In this document: in pieces, positions 1 to 11,683 of the stretch
Layout: the number at the start of each line of letters is the position of its first letter
Numbering within the stretch: the first letter of the stretch is position 1
Source: an uncultured Pseudomonadota bacterium
GTDB taxonomy: Bacteria; Pseudomonadota; Alphaproteobacteria; JACZXZ01
DNA length: 64,000 bases
Direction of reading: 5' to 3'
Assembly: GCA_963749075.1 (NCBI GenBank)
Contig: CAVVLJ010000016.1
Span: forward strand, 992,001 to 1,056,000
The notes under the pieces: model-generated
Databases searched by the model: none
Seen by the model: the letters and a program-made list of their open reading frames with translations, nothing else
What the model was told of the DNA's origin: nothing
Program-made: the position numbers and the translations under genes

Positions 1-825
1 GCCACGCCCAAGACGCTCGCCGAGATCGCCGAGGGCAGCCATCCCTTCGCGGCCGTCCTCAAGGAGGCCAAGGCGCCGATGCTCATCCTCGGCATGGGCG
101 CGCTCGCTCGCGGCGACGGCGCTCAGGTGCTCGCCGCGGCACGGCGGCTGGCCGAGGGCTGCGGCCTGGTCAAGGAGGGCTGGAACGGCTTCAACCTCCT
201 CCACACGGCAGCGGGTCGGGTAGGGGGGCTCGATCTCGGCTTCGTGCCGGCCGCGGGCGGGCTCGGCACCGAGGGCATCCTCGAGGCAGCAGCCAGGGGC
301 GACATCGAGGCCGTCTATCTCCTCGGCGCCGACGAGCTCGAGATGCGCCGGCTCGGCAAGGCCTTCGTGATCTATCAGGGCCACCACGGCGACGCCGGTG
401 CCGCGCGCGCGGACGTGATCCTGTCGGGTGCCGCCTATACGGAGAAGAACGCCACCTACGTCAATACCGAGGGCCGCGCCCAGCGCACGGAGCGCGCCGC
501 CTTCCCGCCGGGCGAGGCGCGCGAGGACTGGGCGATCCTGCGGGCACTCTCGGCCGCCCTCGGCCATAAGCTGCCCTACGACAGCCTCGACCAGCTGCGC
601 GCGCGGCTCGCCGCGGCCCACGCGGCCTTCGCCAGCGTCGATGCCGTGACGCCCGCCGCCTGGGGCGGCTTCGGGGCACCCGGCCCATTGTCGGCAGCAC
701 CCTTCGAGAGCCCGATCAAGAGCTATTACATGAGCGATCCGATCAGCCGCGCCTCCGAGACCATGGCGCGCTGCATCGAGGAGATCGAGCGCGGCTTGCC
801 CGAGAAGACCGGCACCCATGGCTGA
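1..825 (+). CDS. nuoG: NADH-quinone oxidoreductase subunit G, 5'-truncated by window edge
   Basis: C-terminal NuoG motifs ([33 protein letters not shown]); directly upstream of nuoH. Confidence 0.95.
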   Translation, partial: ATPKTLAEIAEGSHPFAAVLKEAKAPMLILGMGALARGDGAQVLAAARRLAEGCGLVKEGWNGFNLLHTAAGRVGGLDLGFVPAAGGLGTEGILEAAARGDIEAVYLLGADELEMRRLGKAFVIYQGHHGDAGAARADVILSGAAYTEKNATYVNTEGRAQRTERAAFPPGEAREDWAILRALSAALGHKLPYDSLDQLRARLAAAHAAFASVDAVTPAAWGGFGAPGPLSAAPFESPIKSYYMSDPISRASETMARCIEEIERGLPEKTGTHG

Positions 826-1858
826 GTTCCTGACCGGATATGTGTGGCCGACGATCCTCATCGTGCTCGAGATACTGGCGATCGTCGTGCCGCTTCTCCT
901 CGCCGTCGCCTACCTCACCTATGCCGAGCGCAAGGTGATCGGCTCCATCCAGCTGCGCAAGGGCCCCAACGTGGTCGGCCCCTTCGGGCTCCTGCAGCCG
1001 ATCGCCGACGGTGCCAAGCTTTTCCTCAAGGAGACGGTGATCCCGAGCGGCGCCAACCGCGCCGTCTTCCTGGCGGCACCCATGGTGACCTTTCTCCTCT
1101 CGCTCGTTGCCTGGGCGGTGATCCCTTTCGGCCGCGGCATGGTGGTCTCCAACATCAACGTCGGCATCCTCTATCTCTTCGCCATCGGCTCGCTCGGCGT
1201 CTACGGCATCATCATGGCGGGCTGGGCGAGCAACTCGAAGTACGCCTTCCTGGGTGCCTTGCGCTCGGCCGCCCAGATGGTGTCCTACGAGGTCTCGATC
1301 GGCTTCGTCATGATCAGCGTGCTGCTCTGCGTGGGCTCGCTCAACCTCTCGGATATCGTGCTGGCGCAGGCCGGCCGCTTCGGGTTCTTGAGCTGGTTCT
1401 GGCTGCCGCTCCTGCCCATGTTCGTGATCTTCTTCGTCTCGGGGCTGGCGGAGACGAACAGGGCACCCTTCGACCTTCCCGAGGCCGAATCCGAGCTCGT
1501 CGGGGGCTACAACGTCGAATATTCGGCGATGACCTTCGCTCTCTTCTTCCTCGGCGAATACGCCAACATGATCCTGATGAGCGCCATGACCTCGATCCTC
1601 TTCCTCGGCGGCTGGCTGCCGCCCGTGGACGTGGCACCCTTCACCTGGATCCCGGGGCCGATCTGGTTCATCCTCAAGATCTGCCTCGTGCTCTTCGTCT
1701 TCCTCTGGGTGCGCGCGGCGTTCCCGCGCTACCGCTACGATCAGCTCATGCGGCTCGGCTGGAAGGTCTTCCTGCCGGCGTCGCTCCTCTGGCTGGTCCT
1801 GACCGCGGGCGTCCTCGTCGCCTTCGACTGGACGCCCGTGCTCAAGGCCGCAACCTGA
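818..1858 (+). CDS. nuoH: NADH-quinone oxidoreductase subunit H
   Basis: [48 protein letters not shown] motifs. Confidence 0.98.
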   Translation: MAEFLTGYVWPTILIVLEILAIVVPLLLAVAYLTYAERKVIGSIQLRKGPNVVGPFGLLQPIADGAKLFLKETVIPSGANRAVFLAAPMVTFLLSLVAWAVIPFGRGMVVSNINVGILYLFAIGSLGVYGIIMAGWASNSKYAFLGALRSAAQMVSYEVSIGFVMISVLLCVGSLNLSDIVLAQAGRFGFLSWFWLPLLPMFVIFFVSGLAETNRAPFDLPEAESELVGGYNVEYSAMTFALFFLGEYANMILMSAMTSILFLGGWLPPVDVAPFTWIPGPIWFILKICLVLFVFLWVRAAFPRYRYDQLMRLGWKVFLPASLLWLVLTAGVLVAFDWTPVLKAAT

Positions 1859-1870
1859 AGGCGGCATGCC

Positions 1871-2359
1871 ATGGCAACCCTTGACCGCACCGCGCGCGCG
1901 CTCCTCCTCTCCGAGCTTCTCGGCGGCCTGTGGCTGACCTTCAAATACATGTTCAAGCACAAGGTCACCCTCAATTATCCCTACGAGAAGGGTCCGCTCT
2001 CGCCGCGCTTCCGCGGCGAGCACGCGCTGCGCCGCTACCCGAGCGGGGAGGAGCGCTGCATCGCCTGCAAGCTCTGCGAGGCGATCTGCCCCGCCCAGGC
2101 CATCACCATCGAGGCCGAGCCGCGCGCCGACGGCAGCCGGCGCGCCACGCGCTACGACATCGACATGACCAAGTGCATCTATTGCGGCTTCTGCCAGGAG
2201 GCCTGCCCGGTCGATGCCATCGTCGAGGGGCCCAATTTCGAGTTCGCCACCGAGACGCGGGAGGAGCTCCTCTACGACAAGGACAAGCTGCTCGCCAACG
2301 GCGACCGCTGGGAGATGGAGATCGCCTCCAACCTCGCGGCGGACGCGCCCTACCGGTGA
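1871..2359 (+). CDS. nuoI: NADH-quinone oxidoreductase subunit I
   Basis: Two 4Fe-4S motifs [12 protein letters not shown] and [12 protein letters not shown]; operon order. Confidence 0.98.
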   Translation: MATLDRTARALLLSELLGGLWLTFKYMFKHKVTLNYPYEKGPLSPRFRGEHALRRYPSGEERCIACKLCEAICPAQAITIEAEPRADGSRRATRYDIDMTKCIYCGFCQEACPVDAIVEGPNFEFATETREELLYDKDKLLANGDRWEMEIASNLAADAPYR

Positions 2360-2387
2360 GCTCGAGAGCGAGGGGGCGGTAGTCCGC

Positions 2388-3008
2388 ATGATCATCCAGG
2401 CGCTCGCCTTCTATCTCTTCGCCGCCGTCATGGTGGCGTCGGCGGTCATGGTGATCGTCGCGCGCAATCCCGTGCACTCGGTCTTCTTCCTCATCCTCGC
2501 CTTCTTCAACGCGGCGGGCCTTTTCGTGCTCCTGGGCGCCGAGTTCCTCGCCATGATCCTGGTCGTGGTCTACGTCGGCGCCGTGGCCGTGCTCTTCCTC
2601 TTCGTCGTCATGATGCTCGACATCAACTTCGTGGCGCTGAGGGAAGGCTTCGCGAAATATCTGCCGGTGGGGGCGGTGGTCGGCATCATCCTCCTGGCCG
2701 AGCTCGTCCTCATCGGCGGCAGCTGGGCCTTCGCACCCAAGGTGGCGACGATCGTCAAGGACCCGATCCCGGCGGCGGCACAGGTGCCCAACACCGAGGC
2801 GCTCGGCCTCGTGCTCTACACCAAGTACGTCTATCTCTTCCAGAGCGCCGGGCTCGTGCTGCTCGTCGCCATGATCGGCGCCATCGTGCTGACCTTGCGG
2901 CAGCGCGTAGGCGTCAAGCGCCAGCGCATCGCGAGGCAGCTGGCGCGCGATCCCAAGCAGGCGATCGAGGTGAGGAAGGTGCCGGTCGGCGGGGGAGTGG
3001 GCTCATGA
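2388..3008 (+). CDS. nuoJ: NADH-quinone oxidoreductase subunit J
   Basis: RNPVHS and [17 protein letters not shown] motifs; start moved to ATG at 2388. Confidence 0.96.
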   Translation: MIIQALAFYLFAAVMVASAVMVIVARNPVHSVFFLILAFFNAAGLFVLLGAEFLAMILVVVYVGAVAVLFLFVVMMLDINFVALREGFAKYLPVGAVVGIILLAELVLIGGSWAFAPKVATIVKDPIPAAAQVPNTEALGLVLYTKYVYLFQSAGLVLLVAMIGAIVLTLRQRVGVKRQRIARQLARDPKQAIEVRKVPVGGGVGS

Positions 3009-3313
3009 CGATCGGCCTCGCGCACTATCTCACCGTCGCCGCGATCGTCTTCACGCTCGGGGTGTTCGGCATCTTCCTCAACCGCAAGAACGTCATCGTC
3101 ATCCTGATGTCGATCGAGCTCATGCTGCTGGCGGTGAACATCAACCTGGTGGCCTTCTCGGCCTTCTTGGGCGACCTCGTGGGCCAGGTCTTCGCCCTCT
3201 TCGTCTTGAGCGTGGCCGCGGCGGAGGCGGCGATCGGCCTTGCCATCCTGGTGGTCTACTTCCGCAACCGCGGCTCGATCGAGGTCGAGGACATCAACGT
3301 GATGAAGGGCTAG
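3005..3313 (+). CDS. nuoK: NADH-quinone oxidoreductase subunit K
   Basis: [14 protein letters not shown] and [11 protein letters not shown] motifs. Confidence 0.97.
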   Translation: MTIGLAHYLTVAAIVFTLGVFGIFLNRKNVIVILMSIELMLLAVNINLVAFSAFLGDLVGQVFALFVLSVAAAEAAIGLAILVVYFRNRGSIEVEDINVMKG

Positions 3314-3397
3314 GAGTTGAACTTGGCGATGCGACGCGCCCCTTTGTTCCGACGCCGCTCCCGCTTGAAGGCAGGGGTGTCGCGTATGACCGCCTCG

Positions 3398-3500
3398 CCC
3401 TTCGAGACGCGCGCTTTGCGCGCTCCTCAGGGTGAGGCGGCCCCAATGTTTGGGGGATTTCCTCGTCCTGAGGAGGGCCGCAGGCCCGTCTCGAAGGACG
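3398..3500. repeat. REP-like inverted pair, family A (CCTCRTCCTGAGGAG-stem-GTCTCGAAGG), in the nuoK-nuoL spacer
   Basis: Unit 3398-3437 (cccttcgagacgcgcgctttgcgcgctcctcagggtgagg) and inverted unit 3461-3500 (cctcgtcctgaggagggccgcaggcccgtctcgaaggacg); same family at 44335-44457. Confidence 0.85.
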
Positions 3501-3519
3501 AGGAAATCCGTGCGGCGCC

Positions 3520-5454
3520 ATGATCTTCGTCGCCGCCATCTTCCTGCCGCTTCTCGGTGCCGTGGTGGCCGGGCTGTTCGGGCCTTATTTGCGCGACCTC
3601 GGCGCCCAGGCGGTCACCTGCGGCGCCATGCTGATCTCGGCTGTGCTCGGCTGCATCATCCTGTGGCAGGTGGCGCTCGAGGGACAGGACTACAACATCC
3701 ACCTCCTCACCTGGATGGTCTCCGGCACGCTCGAGGTCTCGTGGGCGCTCCATTTCGACACGCTCTCGGCCGTCATGGTCTTCGTCGTCACGGTGGTGAG
3801 CTGCGTCGTCCACTGGTATTCGATCGGCTACATGCACGGCGATCCCGGGGTGCCGCGCTTCTTCGCCTATCTCTCGCTCTTCACCTTCGCCATGCTCATG
3901 CTGGCGACGGCCTCCAATCTGGTGCAGCTCTATTTCGGCTGGGAGGGGGTCGGGCTCTGCTCCTATCTCCTGATCGGCTTCTGGTACGACCGGCCGTCGG
4001 CCAATGCCGCGGCGATCAAGGCCTTCATCGTCAACCGCGTGGGCGATTTCGGCTTCGCGCTCGGCATCTTCGGCACCTACCTCGTCTTCGACTCGGTCAA
4101 CTACGACACCATCTTCGCCGCGGTCGGCGGCAAAGAGGGGACGATCCTCGAGTTCCTCGGCATGCATTTGCCGGCGCTCGAGGTGCTCTGCGTGCTGCTC
4201 TTCATCGGCGCCATGGGCAAGTCGGCGCAGATCGGCCTCCATACCTGGCTGCCGGACGCCATGGAGGGCCCGACGCCGGTCTCGGCCCTCATCCATGCCG
4301 CGACCATGGTGACGGCGGGCGTCTTCATGGTGTGCCGCCTCTCGCCCATGTTCGAGCACGCGCCCGTGGCACTCGGCCTCGTCACCGTCGTGGGCGCCGC
4401 GACCGCCTTCTTCGCCGCGACCATTGCCCTCGTGCAGAACGACATCAAGCGCGTCATCGCCTATTCCACCTGCAGCCAGCTCGGCTACATGTTCCTCGCC
4501 GCCGGCGTCTCCGCCTATCCCGCGGCGATGTTCCATCTCATGACGCACGCCTTCTTCAAGGCGCTGCTCTTCCTCGGCGCGGGCTCGGTCATCCACGCCA
4601 TGTCGGGCGAGCAGGACATGCGCAAGATGGGCGGCCTGTGGCGCAAGATCCCCGTGACCTACGCGCTCATGTGGATCGGCTCGCTCGCACTCGCGGGCAT
4701 CCCGCCCTTCGCCGGCTACTTCTCCAAGGACATGATCCTCGAGGCGGCCTGGGGTGCGCACACGCCGCTCGGCAATTACGCCTACGTGCTCGGCGTCCTT
4801 GCCGCCTTCATGACCGCCTTCTATTCCTGGCGCCTGCTCTTCATGACGTTCCACGGCGAGAGCCGCGCCGACCACCATGTCCAGGAGCACGTCCACGAAT
4901 TGCCGAACATCATGATAGCACCGCTCTACATCCTGGCGCTCGGCGCCGCCGTGGCCGGCTGGGTGGGGGAGGGGAGCTTCGTGGGCGAGGGCAGCCTCGC
5001 TTTCTGGCGCGAGGCGGTGAGCATGCTGCCTGGCCACGCAGCGCTCGAGAACGCGCACATGGCCCCGCTTTGGGTGCAGTTCCTGCCCACCGTGCTGGGC
5101 CTCGCCGGCATCGCGCTCGCGTACCTCTTCTATATCGCGAGTCCCGCCCTGCCGCGCATCTACGCCGAGCGCTTCAAGCCGCTTTACCTCTTCGTCTACA
5201 ACAAGTGGTACTTCGACGAGCTCTATGACGCGCTCTTCGTGGAGCCGGCCAAGGTCATCGGGCGGGGCCTCTGGAAGGGCGGCGACGGCGCCGTCATCGA
5301 CGGCCTCGGGCCGGACGGTTTCGCCGCGACGACGCTGGCGCTGGCGCGCCGCGCCGGCCGCCTCCAGACCGGCTACGTCTACCACTACGCCTTTGCCATG
5401 CTGATCGGCATCGTGCTGATCGTGAGCTGGTATCTCTGGGCGATGAGGGGCTAG
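3520..5454 (+). CDS. nuoL: NADH-quinone oxidoreductase subunit L
   Basis: GKSAQIGLHTWLPDAMEGPTPVSALIHAATMV and IAYSTCSQLGYM motifs. Confidence 0.98.
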   Translation: MIFVAAIFLPLLGAVVAGLFGPYLRDLGAQAVTCGAMLISAVLGCIILWQVALEGQDYNIHLLTWMVSGTLEVSWALHFDTLSAVMVFVVTVVSCVVHWYSIGYMHGDPGVPRFFAYLSLFTFAMLMLATASNLVQLYFGWEGVGLCSYLLIGFWYDRPSANAAAIKAFIVNRVGDFGFALGIFGTYLVFDSVNYDTIFAAVGGKEGTILEFLGMHLPALEVLCVLLFIGAMGKSAQIGLHTWLPDAMEGPTPVSALIHAATMVTAGVFMVCRLSPMFEHAPVALGLVTVVGAATAFFAATIALVQNDIKRVIAYSTCSQLGYMFLAAGVSAYPAAMFHLMTHAFFKALLFLGAGSVIHAMSGEQDMRKMGGLWRKIPVTYALMWIGSLALAGIPPFAGYFSKDMILEAAWGAHTPLGNYAYVLGVLAAFMTAFYSWRLLFMTFHGESRADHHVQEHVHELPNIMIAPLYILALGAAVAGWVGEGSFVGEGSLAFWREAVSMLPGHAALENAHMAPLWVQFLPTVLGLAGIALAYLFYIASPALPRIYAERFKPLYLFVYNKWYFDELYDALFVEPAKVIGRGLWKGGDGAVIDGLGPDGFAATTLALARRAGRLQTGYVYHYAFAMLIGIVLIVSWYLWAMRG

Positions 5455-5457
5455 GCC

Positions 5458-6999
5458 ATGGGCGGGCTTCCACTCCTCTCGGCCGTCACCTTCCTCCCCA
5501 CCCTGGGGGCGGTGCTTATCCTCTTCATCCGCGGCGAGCCCGAGGTGGTCGCGCGCAACGCGCGCTGGGCGGCCCTCTGGACCTCGCTGCTCACCTTCGT
5601 TCTCTCGCTCTTCCTCTGGTTCGGCTTCGATTCCGCGAGCCACGAGTTCCAGTTCGTCGAGGAGGCGGCCTGGATCCCGAGCTTCAACATCAGCTACCAC
5701 ATGGGGATCGACGGCATCTCGCTCTTCTTCGTGCTGCTCTCGACGCTGCTCACGCCGGTCTGCGTGCTGGCGAGCTGGGAGTCGATCAAGGTCCGCGTCA
5801 AGGAATACATGATCGTCTTCCTGGTGCTCGAGACGCTCATGGTCGGCATGTTCTGCGCCCTCGACTTCGTGGTCTTCTACATGTTCTACGAGGGCGTGCT
5901 CATCCCGATGTTCCTCATCATCGGCGTATGGGGCGGCCCGCGCCGGGTCTATTCCGCCTTCAAGTTCTTCCTCTATACGCTCCTCGGTTCGGTCCTGATG
6001 CTGCTCGCCATCCTCGCGATCTATTACCAGCTCGGCTCGACCGACGTGCCCACCGCACTCGCCCACCATTTCCCGGCCGAGGTGCAGCATTGGCTGTGGC
6101 TCGCCTTCTTCGCCTCCTTCGCGGTCAAGGTGCCGATGTGGCCGGTGCACACCTGGCTGCCCGACGCCCACGTCGAGGCGCCGACCGCGGGCTCGGTCAT
6201 CCTCGCGGGCGTGCTCCTGAAGATGGGGGGCTACGGCTTCCTCCGTTTCTCGCTGCCCATGCTGCCGCTCGCCTCGCTGCACTTCGCCCCCTTCATCTAT
6301 ACGCTGAGCGTCGTCGCCGTGATCTATACCTCCTTCGTGGCGCTCGCCCAGGAGGACATGAAGAAGCTCATCGCCTATTCCTCGGTCGCGCACATGGGCA
6401 TCGTCACCATGGGCATCTTCGCGGCGACGACCCAGGCGCTCGAGGGGGCCATGATCCAGATGCTCAGCCACGGCGTGGTCTCCGCGGCCCTCTTCCTCTG
6501 CGTGGGCGTGGTCTATGACCGCATGCACAGCCGCCTGATCGCGACCTACGGCGGGCTCGTCCACCGCATGCCGCTCTATGCCACGGTCTTCATGCTCTTC
6601 ATGCTCGCCTCGGTGGGCCTGCCGGGGACGAGCGGCTTCGTCGGCGAGTTCCTGAGCCTGCTCGGCGTCTTCCGCGTCAACACCTGGGTCGCGACGCTGG
6701 GCTCGACCGGCATGATCCTGGGTATCGCCTATATGCTCTGGCTCTACCGCCGGGTGATCTTCGGCAAGCTCACCAAGCCGGAGCTGATGGCGATCCTCGA
6801 TCTCTCCCCGCGCGAGCTCGCGGTCTTCGCCCCCCTCGTCGTTGTGGTGCTGTGGATGGGCGTCTACCCCGTCTCTTTCCTCGTGCCCATGCACGCCTCG
6901 ATCGGCCATGTGATCGGGCAATACTCGGCCGCGGTGGCGGCTGCGGGCGGCGGCCATCCGCTCCTTGCCGCACTCGGGCACTGGGGGGCGGCGCCGTGA
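5458..6999 (+). CDS. nuoM: NADH-quinone oxidoreductase subunit M
   Basis: [24 protein letters not shown] and [13 protein letters not shown] motifs. Confidence 0.98.
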   Translation: MGGLPLLSAVTFLPTLGAVLILFIRGEPEVVARNARWAALWTSLLTFVLSLFLWFGFDSASHEFQFVEEAAWIPSFNISYHMGIDGISLFFVLLSTLLTPVCVLASWESIKVRVKEYMIVFLVLETLMVGMFCALDFVVFYMFYEGVLIPMFLIIGVWGGPRRVYSAFKFFLYTLLGSVLMLLAILAIYYQLGSTDVPTALAHHFPAEVQHWLWLAFFASFAVKVPMWPVHTWLPDAHVEAPTAGSVILAGVLLKMGGYGFLRFSLPMLPLASLHFAPFIYTLSVVAVIYTSFVALAQEDMKKLIAYSSVAHMGIVTMGIFAATTQALEGAMIQMLSHGVVSAALFLCVGVVYDRMHSRLIATYGGLVHRMPLYATVFMLFMLASVGLPGTSGFVGEFLSLLGVFRVNTWVATLGSTGMILGIAYMLWLYRRVIFGKLTKPELMAILDLSPRELAVFAPLVVVVLWMGVYPVSFLVPMHASIGHVIGQYSAAVAAAGGGHPLLAALGHWGAAP

Positions 7000-8444
7000 G
7001 CTACCTCGCCAATTTCCAGATCGCCCTGCCCGAGCTTTGGCTGGCCGCCGCCGGCCTGGCGCTCCTCATGCTCGGCGTCTTCAACGGCGACCGGGCGACG
7101 CGCACGGTCTCGTGGCTCGCCGTGCTCGCCTTCGTCGTGGCGGCAGCACTCGTGGTCTCAACCGCGCCCGCGCGCCCGGTCACGGCCTTCTCCCAGCTCT
7201 TCGTCAACGACCGCTTCGGCGCCTTCATGAAGCTGCTTGTGCTGGCCGGCTCGGCCCTCACCCTCATCATGTCGCTCGGCTACAACGAGCGGGAGAAGAT
7301 GGCGCGCTTCGAGTATCCAGTGCTCGTCGTGCTGGCGACGCTCGGCATGCTCATGATGATCTCGGCGAACGATCTCATCGCCCTCTACATCGGCATCGAG
7401 CTGCAGAGCCTGGCACTTTACGTGGTGGCCGCCTTCCATCGCGACGCCCTGCGCTCGACCGAGGCCGGGCTCAAATATTTCGTGCTCGGCGCGTTGAGCT
7501 CAGGCCTGCTGCTCTACGGCGCCTCCTTCATCTACGGCTTCGCCGGCACCACGCGCTTCGCCGCACTGGCACCGCTCTTCGCAGGCGGCACCGCGGCCCC
7601 GATCGGCCTCATCGTCGGCCTCGCCTTCGTGTCGGCCGGGCTCGCCTTCAAGGTCTCGGCGGTGCCCTTCCATATGTGGACGCCCAACGTCTACGAGGGC
7701 GCGCCGACGCCGGTCACCGCCTTCTTCTCGACCGCGCCCAAGATCGCGGCACTGGCGCTCTTCGTGCGCGTGCTCATAGGTCCCTTCGGCCATCTCGTCG
7801 TCGAGTGGCAGCAGATCATCGTGGCGATCTCGATCGCCTCCATGGTGCTCGGCGCCTACGCCGCGATCAATCAGCGCAACATCAAGCGGCTCATGGCCTA
7901 TAGCTCGATCGCCAACGTGGGCTATGCGCTGGTCGGCCTCGCCGCCGGCAGCGAGGCCGGCGTGCGCGGCGTCATCATTTATATGGCGATCTATCTCGCC
8001 ATGGTGGTGGGCGCCTTCGCCTGCATCCTCTGCATGCGCGAGCAGGGCCGCTTCGTCGAGACCATCGCCGACCTGGCCGGTCTCTCCAAGACGCAGCCGC
8101 TCCTCGCCGCGGTCTTCGCCGTCTTCCTCTTCTCGCTCGCCGGCATCCCGCCGCTCGCCGGCTTCTTCGGCAAAGTCTATGTCTTCCTCGCGGCCATCGA
8201 GGCGGGGCTCTATACGCTCGCCGTCGTCGGCGTGCTGGCGAGCGTTGTGGGCGCTTATTACTACGTGCGCATCGTCAAGCTCATGTATTTCGACGAACCT
8301 ACCGTCGCCTTCGAGCAGCCGCTCGGCGCCTCCATGTCCGCCGTGCTCACGGCGACCGGTCTCTTCACGCTCCTCTTCTTCGTCTATCCGGGCCCGCTTC
8401 TCGCCGGCGCCAAGGTTGCCGCGGCGGCCCTCTTCCCCGGATGA
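6996..8444 (+). CDS. nuoN: NADH-quinone oxidoreductase subunit N
   Basis: [32 protein letters not shown] motifs; GTG start overlaps nuoM stop. Confidence 0.97.
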   Translation: MSYLANFQIALPELWLAAAGLALLMLGVFNGDRATRTVSWLAVLAFVVAAALVVSTAPARPVTAFSQLFVNDRFGAFMKLLVLAGSALTLIMSLGYNEREKMARFEYPVLVVLATLGMLMMISANDLIALYIGIELQSLALYVVAAFHRDALRSTEAGLKYFVLGALSSGLLLYGASFIYGFAGTTRFAALAPLFAGGTAAPIGLIVGLAFVSAGLAFKVSAVPFHMWTPNVYEGAPTPVTAFFSTAPKIAALALFVRVLIGPFGHLVVEWQQIIVAISIASMVLGAYAAINQRNIKRLMAYSSIANVGYALVGLAAGSEAGVRGVIIYMAIYLAMVVGAFACILCMREQGRFVETIADLAGLSKTQPLLAAVFAVFLFSLAGIPPLAGFFGKVYVFLAAIEAGLYTLAVVGVLASVVGAYYYVRIVKLMYFDEPTVAFEQPLGASMSAVLTATGLFTLLFFVYPGPLLAGAKVAAAALFPG

Positions 8445-9208
8445 GCCAGCCGCCCAGGCTCGCTCCCGGCTTCCGGCTCGTGGCGCTCGAGCGCTGCGCC
8501 AGCACCAACGACGAGGCGAGCCGCCTGGCAGCTGCCGGTGCCGAGGAGGGCACGCTCGTCTGGGCTCGCGAGCAGGAGACGGGGAGGGGACGGCGCGGGC
8601 GGCGCTGGCATTCGCCGCGGGGCAATCTCTATCTCTCCCTCGTCCTGCGTCCGGCAGCACCACCGGCCGAGGCGGCGCTCCTCGGGCTCGTGGCAGCGGT
8701 CGCGGCCGCAGATGCGCTGGCCTCGCTCCTGCCGCAGGAGGCCGATGTGCGCCTCAAATGGCCCAACGACCTCCTGGTGAACGGCCGCAAGGCGGGCGGC
8801 ATTCTCCTCGAATCGGGCGGCGCCGGCGGCCGCAGCATCGCCTGGCTCGTCGTCGGCATCGGCATCAATGCCGAGAGCTCTCCCGAGGGTGCGGCATTTC
8901 CCGCGACCTGCCTCGCGCGCGAGGGCGGGGCGGGGCTCGCCGTCGAGACGCTGCTCGAAGCGGTGAGCCGCACCTTGCGCAAGTGGCTCGACATCTGGGC
9001 CGAGGAGGGCTTCGAGCCGGTGCGCGCGGCCTGGCTCGCGCGCGCTTGGCGGCTCGGCCGCACGATCGAGGTGGGCCTCGAGAACGGCGTGCTCTCGGGG
9101 CTCTTCGCCGATCTCGATGCTTCGGGTACGCTCGTGCTGGCACTTGCCGACGGGACGCACCGCGCTCTTAGCGCCGGCGACGTCATGGCACGCCCGGCGG
9201 GCGCCTGA
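8441..9208 (+). CDS. birA: Biotin--[acetyl-CoA-carboxylase] ligase, no N-terminal HTH
   Basis: [26 protein letters not shown] motifs; nuoN-birA synteny. Confidence 0.95.
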   Translation: MSQPPRLAPGFRLVALERCASTNDEASRLAAAGAEEGTLVWAREQETGRGRRGRRWHSPRGNLYLSLVLRPAAPPAEAALLGLVAAVAAADALASLLPQEADVRLKWPNDLLVNGRKAGGILLESGGAGGRSIAWLVVGIGINAESSPEGAAFPATCLAREGGAGLAVETLLEAVSRTLRKWLDIWAEEGFEPVRAAWLARAWRLGRTIEVGLENGVLSGLFADLDASGTLVLALADGTHRALSAGDVMARPAGA

Positions 9209-9216
9209 GGTTCCGC

Positions 9217-9990
9217 ATGCTGCTGGCGATCAACTGCAATAACACCAACACCGTGTTCTCGGTGTGGGACAAGGGCGAGATGCGCGGCGTGTGGCGCGCG
9301 GCGACCGCCGCCAGCCGTACGGCCGACGAATACATCGTCTGGCTCGACCAGCTCATGGGTCTCGGCGGCCTCGCGCGCAGAGAGATCGACGCCACCATCA
9401 TCGCCAGCGTGGTGCCCGAGGCCGATTTCAACCTCGTGCGCCTCGCCACCCATTATTTCAAAAGCAAGCCGCTCGTGGTGGGCGAGCCGGGCGTCGAGCT
9501 CGGCTGCCGCGCCCTCGTGGACCGCCCGGAGGAGGTGGGGGCGGACCGCCTGCTCAATACGGTCGCGGCCTACGACCGCCACAAATGCCCGCTCATCGTC
9601 GTCGATTTCGGCACCGCCACCACCTTCGACGTGGTCGACCGGGACGGCAACTACTGCGGCGGCGTCATCGCACCCGGCATCAACCTCTCGCTGCGCGCGC
9701 TGCACATGGCGGCGGCCAAGCTGCCGAGCGTGCGCATCGAGCGCACCGCCAAGGTCGTCGGCAAGACCACGATCCCCATGATGCAGGCCGGCATCTTCTG
9801 GGGCTATGTCGGGCTCATCGAGGGGCTGGTCGAGCGCATCCGCCGCGAGTGGGGCGAGCCCATGGGGGTGGTGGCGACGGGTGGGCTGGCGCCGCTCTTC
9901 GAAGGCTCGACCAAGGCGATCGAGACCGTCGACGCCACCTTGACGCTGTGGGGCCTGTGGCTGATCCATCAGCGCAACAAGGGCAAGTGA
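9217..9990 (+). CDS. coaX: Type III pantothenate kinase
   Basis: GADR, VVDFGTATTFD, GGVIAPG, ATGG motifs. Confidence 0.95.
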   Translation: MLLAINCNNTNTVFSVWDKGEMRGVWRAATAASRTADEYIVWLDQLMGLGGLARREIDATIIASVVPEADFNLVRLATHYFKSKPLVVGEPGVELGCRALVDRPEEVGADRLLNTVAAYDRHKCPLIVVDFGTATTFDVVDRDGNYCGGVIAPGINLSLRALHMAAAKLPSVRIERTAKVVGKTTIPMMQAGIFWGYVGLIEGLVERIRREWGEPMGVVATGGLAPLFEGSTKAIETVDATLTLWGLWLIHQRNKGK

Positions 9991-11657
9991 TGGCGGCCGG
10001 AGAGAAGGCAGCCGCGCGCGAGCTCCTCTTCGTGCCCCTTGGCGGGGCCGGGGAGATCGGCATGAACCTCAATCTCTACGGCCTCGACGGCTCTTGGGTG
10101 ATCGTCGATCTCGGCGTCACCTTCGGCGAGGAGCGGCTGCCGGGGATCGAGGTGGTGATGCCCGATCCCGCCTTCATCGTCGAGCGGCGCGAGCATTTGC
10201 TCGGCATCGTGCTCACCCACGCCCACGAGGATCACATCGGCGCCGTGCAGTATCTCTGGCCGCTCCTGCGCTGTCCCATCTATGCGACACCTTTCACCGC
10301 CTCCGTGCTGCGCCGCAAGCTCGAGGAGACCGGCCTCGCCAAGGCGGCAGCCATCACCGTGGTGCCGCTCTCCGGCCGCTTCACGCTGGGCCCCTTCGAG
10401 TTCGAGCTCATCACCCTCACCCACTCGATCCCGGAGCCCAATGCGCTCGCCATCCGCACGTCGCTGGGCACCGTCCTCCATACCGGCGACTGGAAGATCG
10501 ATCCCGACCCGCTCGTCGGCGCCGTGACGGACGCGGCGGCGCTGCGCCGCGTGGGCGAGGAGGGCGTCCTCGCCATGATCTGCGATTCGACGAACGTGCT
10601 GCGCGCCGGCGTCTCGGGCTCGGAGGCGGCCTTGCGCAAGAGCCTCTCCGAGCTCGTGGCGCGCGCGAGCCAGCGCGTCGCCATCGCTTGCTTCGCCTCG
10701 AACGTGGCGCGCCTCGAGACGATCGCGACGGTGGCCGAGGCCAACGGCCGACAGGCCGCCCTCGTCGGCCGCTCGCTCTGGCGCATCTACGAGGCCGCCC
10801 TCGAGAACGGCTATCTCAAGGACATCCCGCGCTTCCTCGACGCCGCCGAGGCGGCCTATCTGCCGCGCGACAAGGTGGTGCTGGCGATGACCGGGAGCCA
10901 GGGCGAGCCGCGCGCGGCCCTCGCGCGCGTGGCCGCCGGCGAGCACCGCCACATCGCGCTCGAGGCGGGCGACGTGGCGATCTTCTCCTCGCGCATCATC
11001 CCGGGCAACGAGCGCGCCATCTTCCGCCTGCAAGGAGCGCTCGCGCAGGCGGGCGTGGAGATCATCACCGAGCACGACGAGTTCGTGCACGTCTCCGGCC
11101 ATCCGGCGCGCGACGAGCTCGCCGAGATGTACAGCTGGGTGCGGCCGCGGATCGCCGTGCCGGTGCACGGCGAGGCGCGCCATCTCATCGAGCATGCCCG
11201 CTTCGCGCGCGCCTGCCAGGTGCGCGAGACCGTGGTGGTGACGAACGGCGACATCCTGCGCCTGGCCCCCGGTCCCGCCGAGATCGTCGGCCAGGCGCCC
11301 TTCGGGCGGCTCGCCCTCGACGGCAAGGCGCTGGTGCCGGCTGAGGGCGAGGTGGTGCGGAGCCGCGCGCGCATGATGTGGAACGGGGCCGCCGTGGCGA
11401 CCGTGGTGGTGGACGGCGAGGGCGAGCTCGCGGCCCCCCTCCAGCTCGCCCTTCCCGGGCTCGTCGGCGACGCGAGCACGGCAGCGCTTGCGGGCGAGGC
11501 CGAAGCCGCCATCAGAGCGGCACTCGCGACGCTCGCCAAGGGTGCGCGCGGCGACGACGCGGCGCTGCGCGAGACGGTGCGCCTCGCGGTCCGCCGCAGC
11601 ATCCGCATGGCGCGCGGCAAGAAGCCGACGATCGACGTCCACCTCGTCCGTGTATAA
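9990..11657 (+). CDS. rnj: Ribonuclease J
   Basis: GEIGMN, THAHEDHIG, HTGDWK, GSQGEP, HVSGH, PVHGE metallo-beta-lactamase/beta-CASP motifs; ATG overlaps coaX stop. Confidence 0.95.
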   Translation: MAAGEKAAARELLFVPLGGAGEIGMNLNLYGLDGSWVIVDLGVTFGEERLPGIEVVMPDPAFIVERREHLLGIVLTHAHEDHIGAVQYLWPLLRCPIYATPFTASVLRRKLEETGLAKAAAITVVPLSGRFTLGPFEFELITLTHSIPEPNALAIRTSLGTVLHTGDWKIDPDPLVGAVTDAAALRRVGEEGVLAMICDSTNVLRAGVSGSEAALRKSLSELVARASQRVAIACFASNVARLETIATVAEANGRQAALVGRSLWRIYEAALENGYLKDIPRFLDAAEAAYLPRDKVVLAMTGSQGEPRAALARVAAGEHRHIALEAGDVAIFSSRIIPGNERAIFRLQGALAQAGVEIITEHDEFVHVSGHPARDELAEMYSWVRPRIAVPVHGEARHLIEHARFARACQVRETVVVTNGDILRLAPGPAEIVGQAPFGRLALDGKALVPAEGEVVRSRARMMWNGAAVATVVVDGEGELAAPLQLALPGLVGDASTAALAGEAEAAIRAALATLAKGARGDDAALRETVRLAVRRSIRMARGKKPTIDVHLVRV

Positions 11658-11683
11658 TGGACGACAGTGGAGGAGGGCGAGCC

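Noticed and set aside
3317-3523. 68-aa ORF between nuoK and nuoL
   Set aside because: It is a translation of the REP-like palindrome (FETR...PQGE, RPEEG...VSKD), and the same peptide pattern appears at 44317.
3427-6981. Very long antisense or alternative-frame ORFs (1184 aa here; also 18750-21764, 38603-41578, 743-2395 and the first 760 codons of 44317-47418)
   Set aside because: They shadow well-supported genes; stop codons are scarce in high-GC DNA and the translations are low-complexity with no motifs.
11653-11658. Perfect TATAAT overlapping the rnj stop, upstream of mce
   Set aside because: No -35 element at 16-18 nt spacing; it may arise by chance from GTA-TAA.
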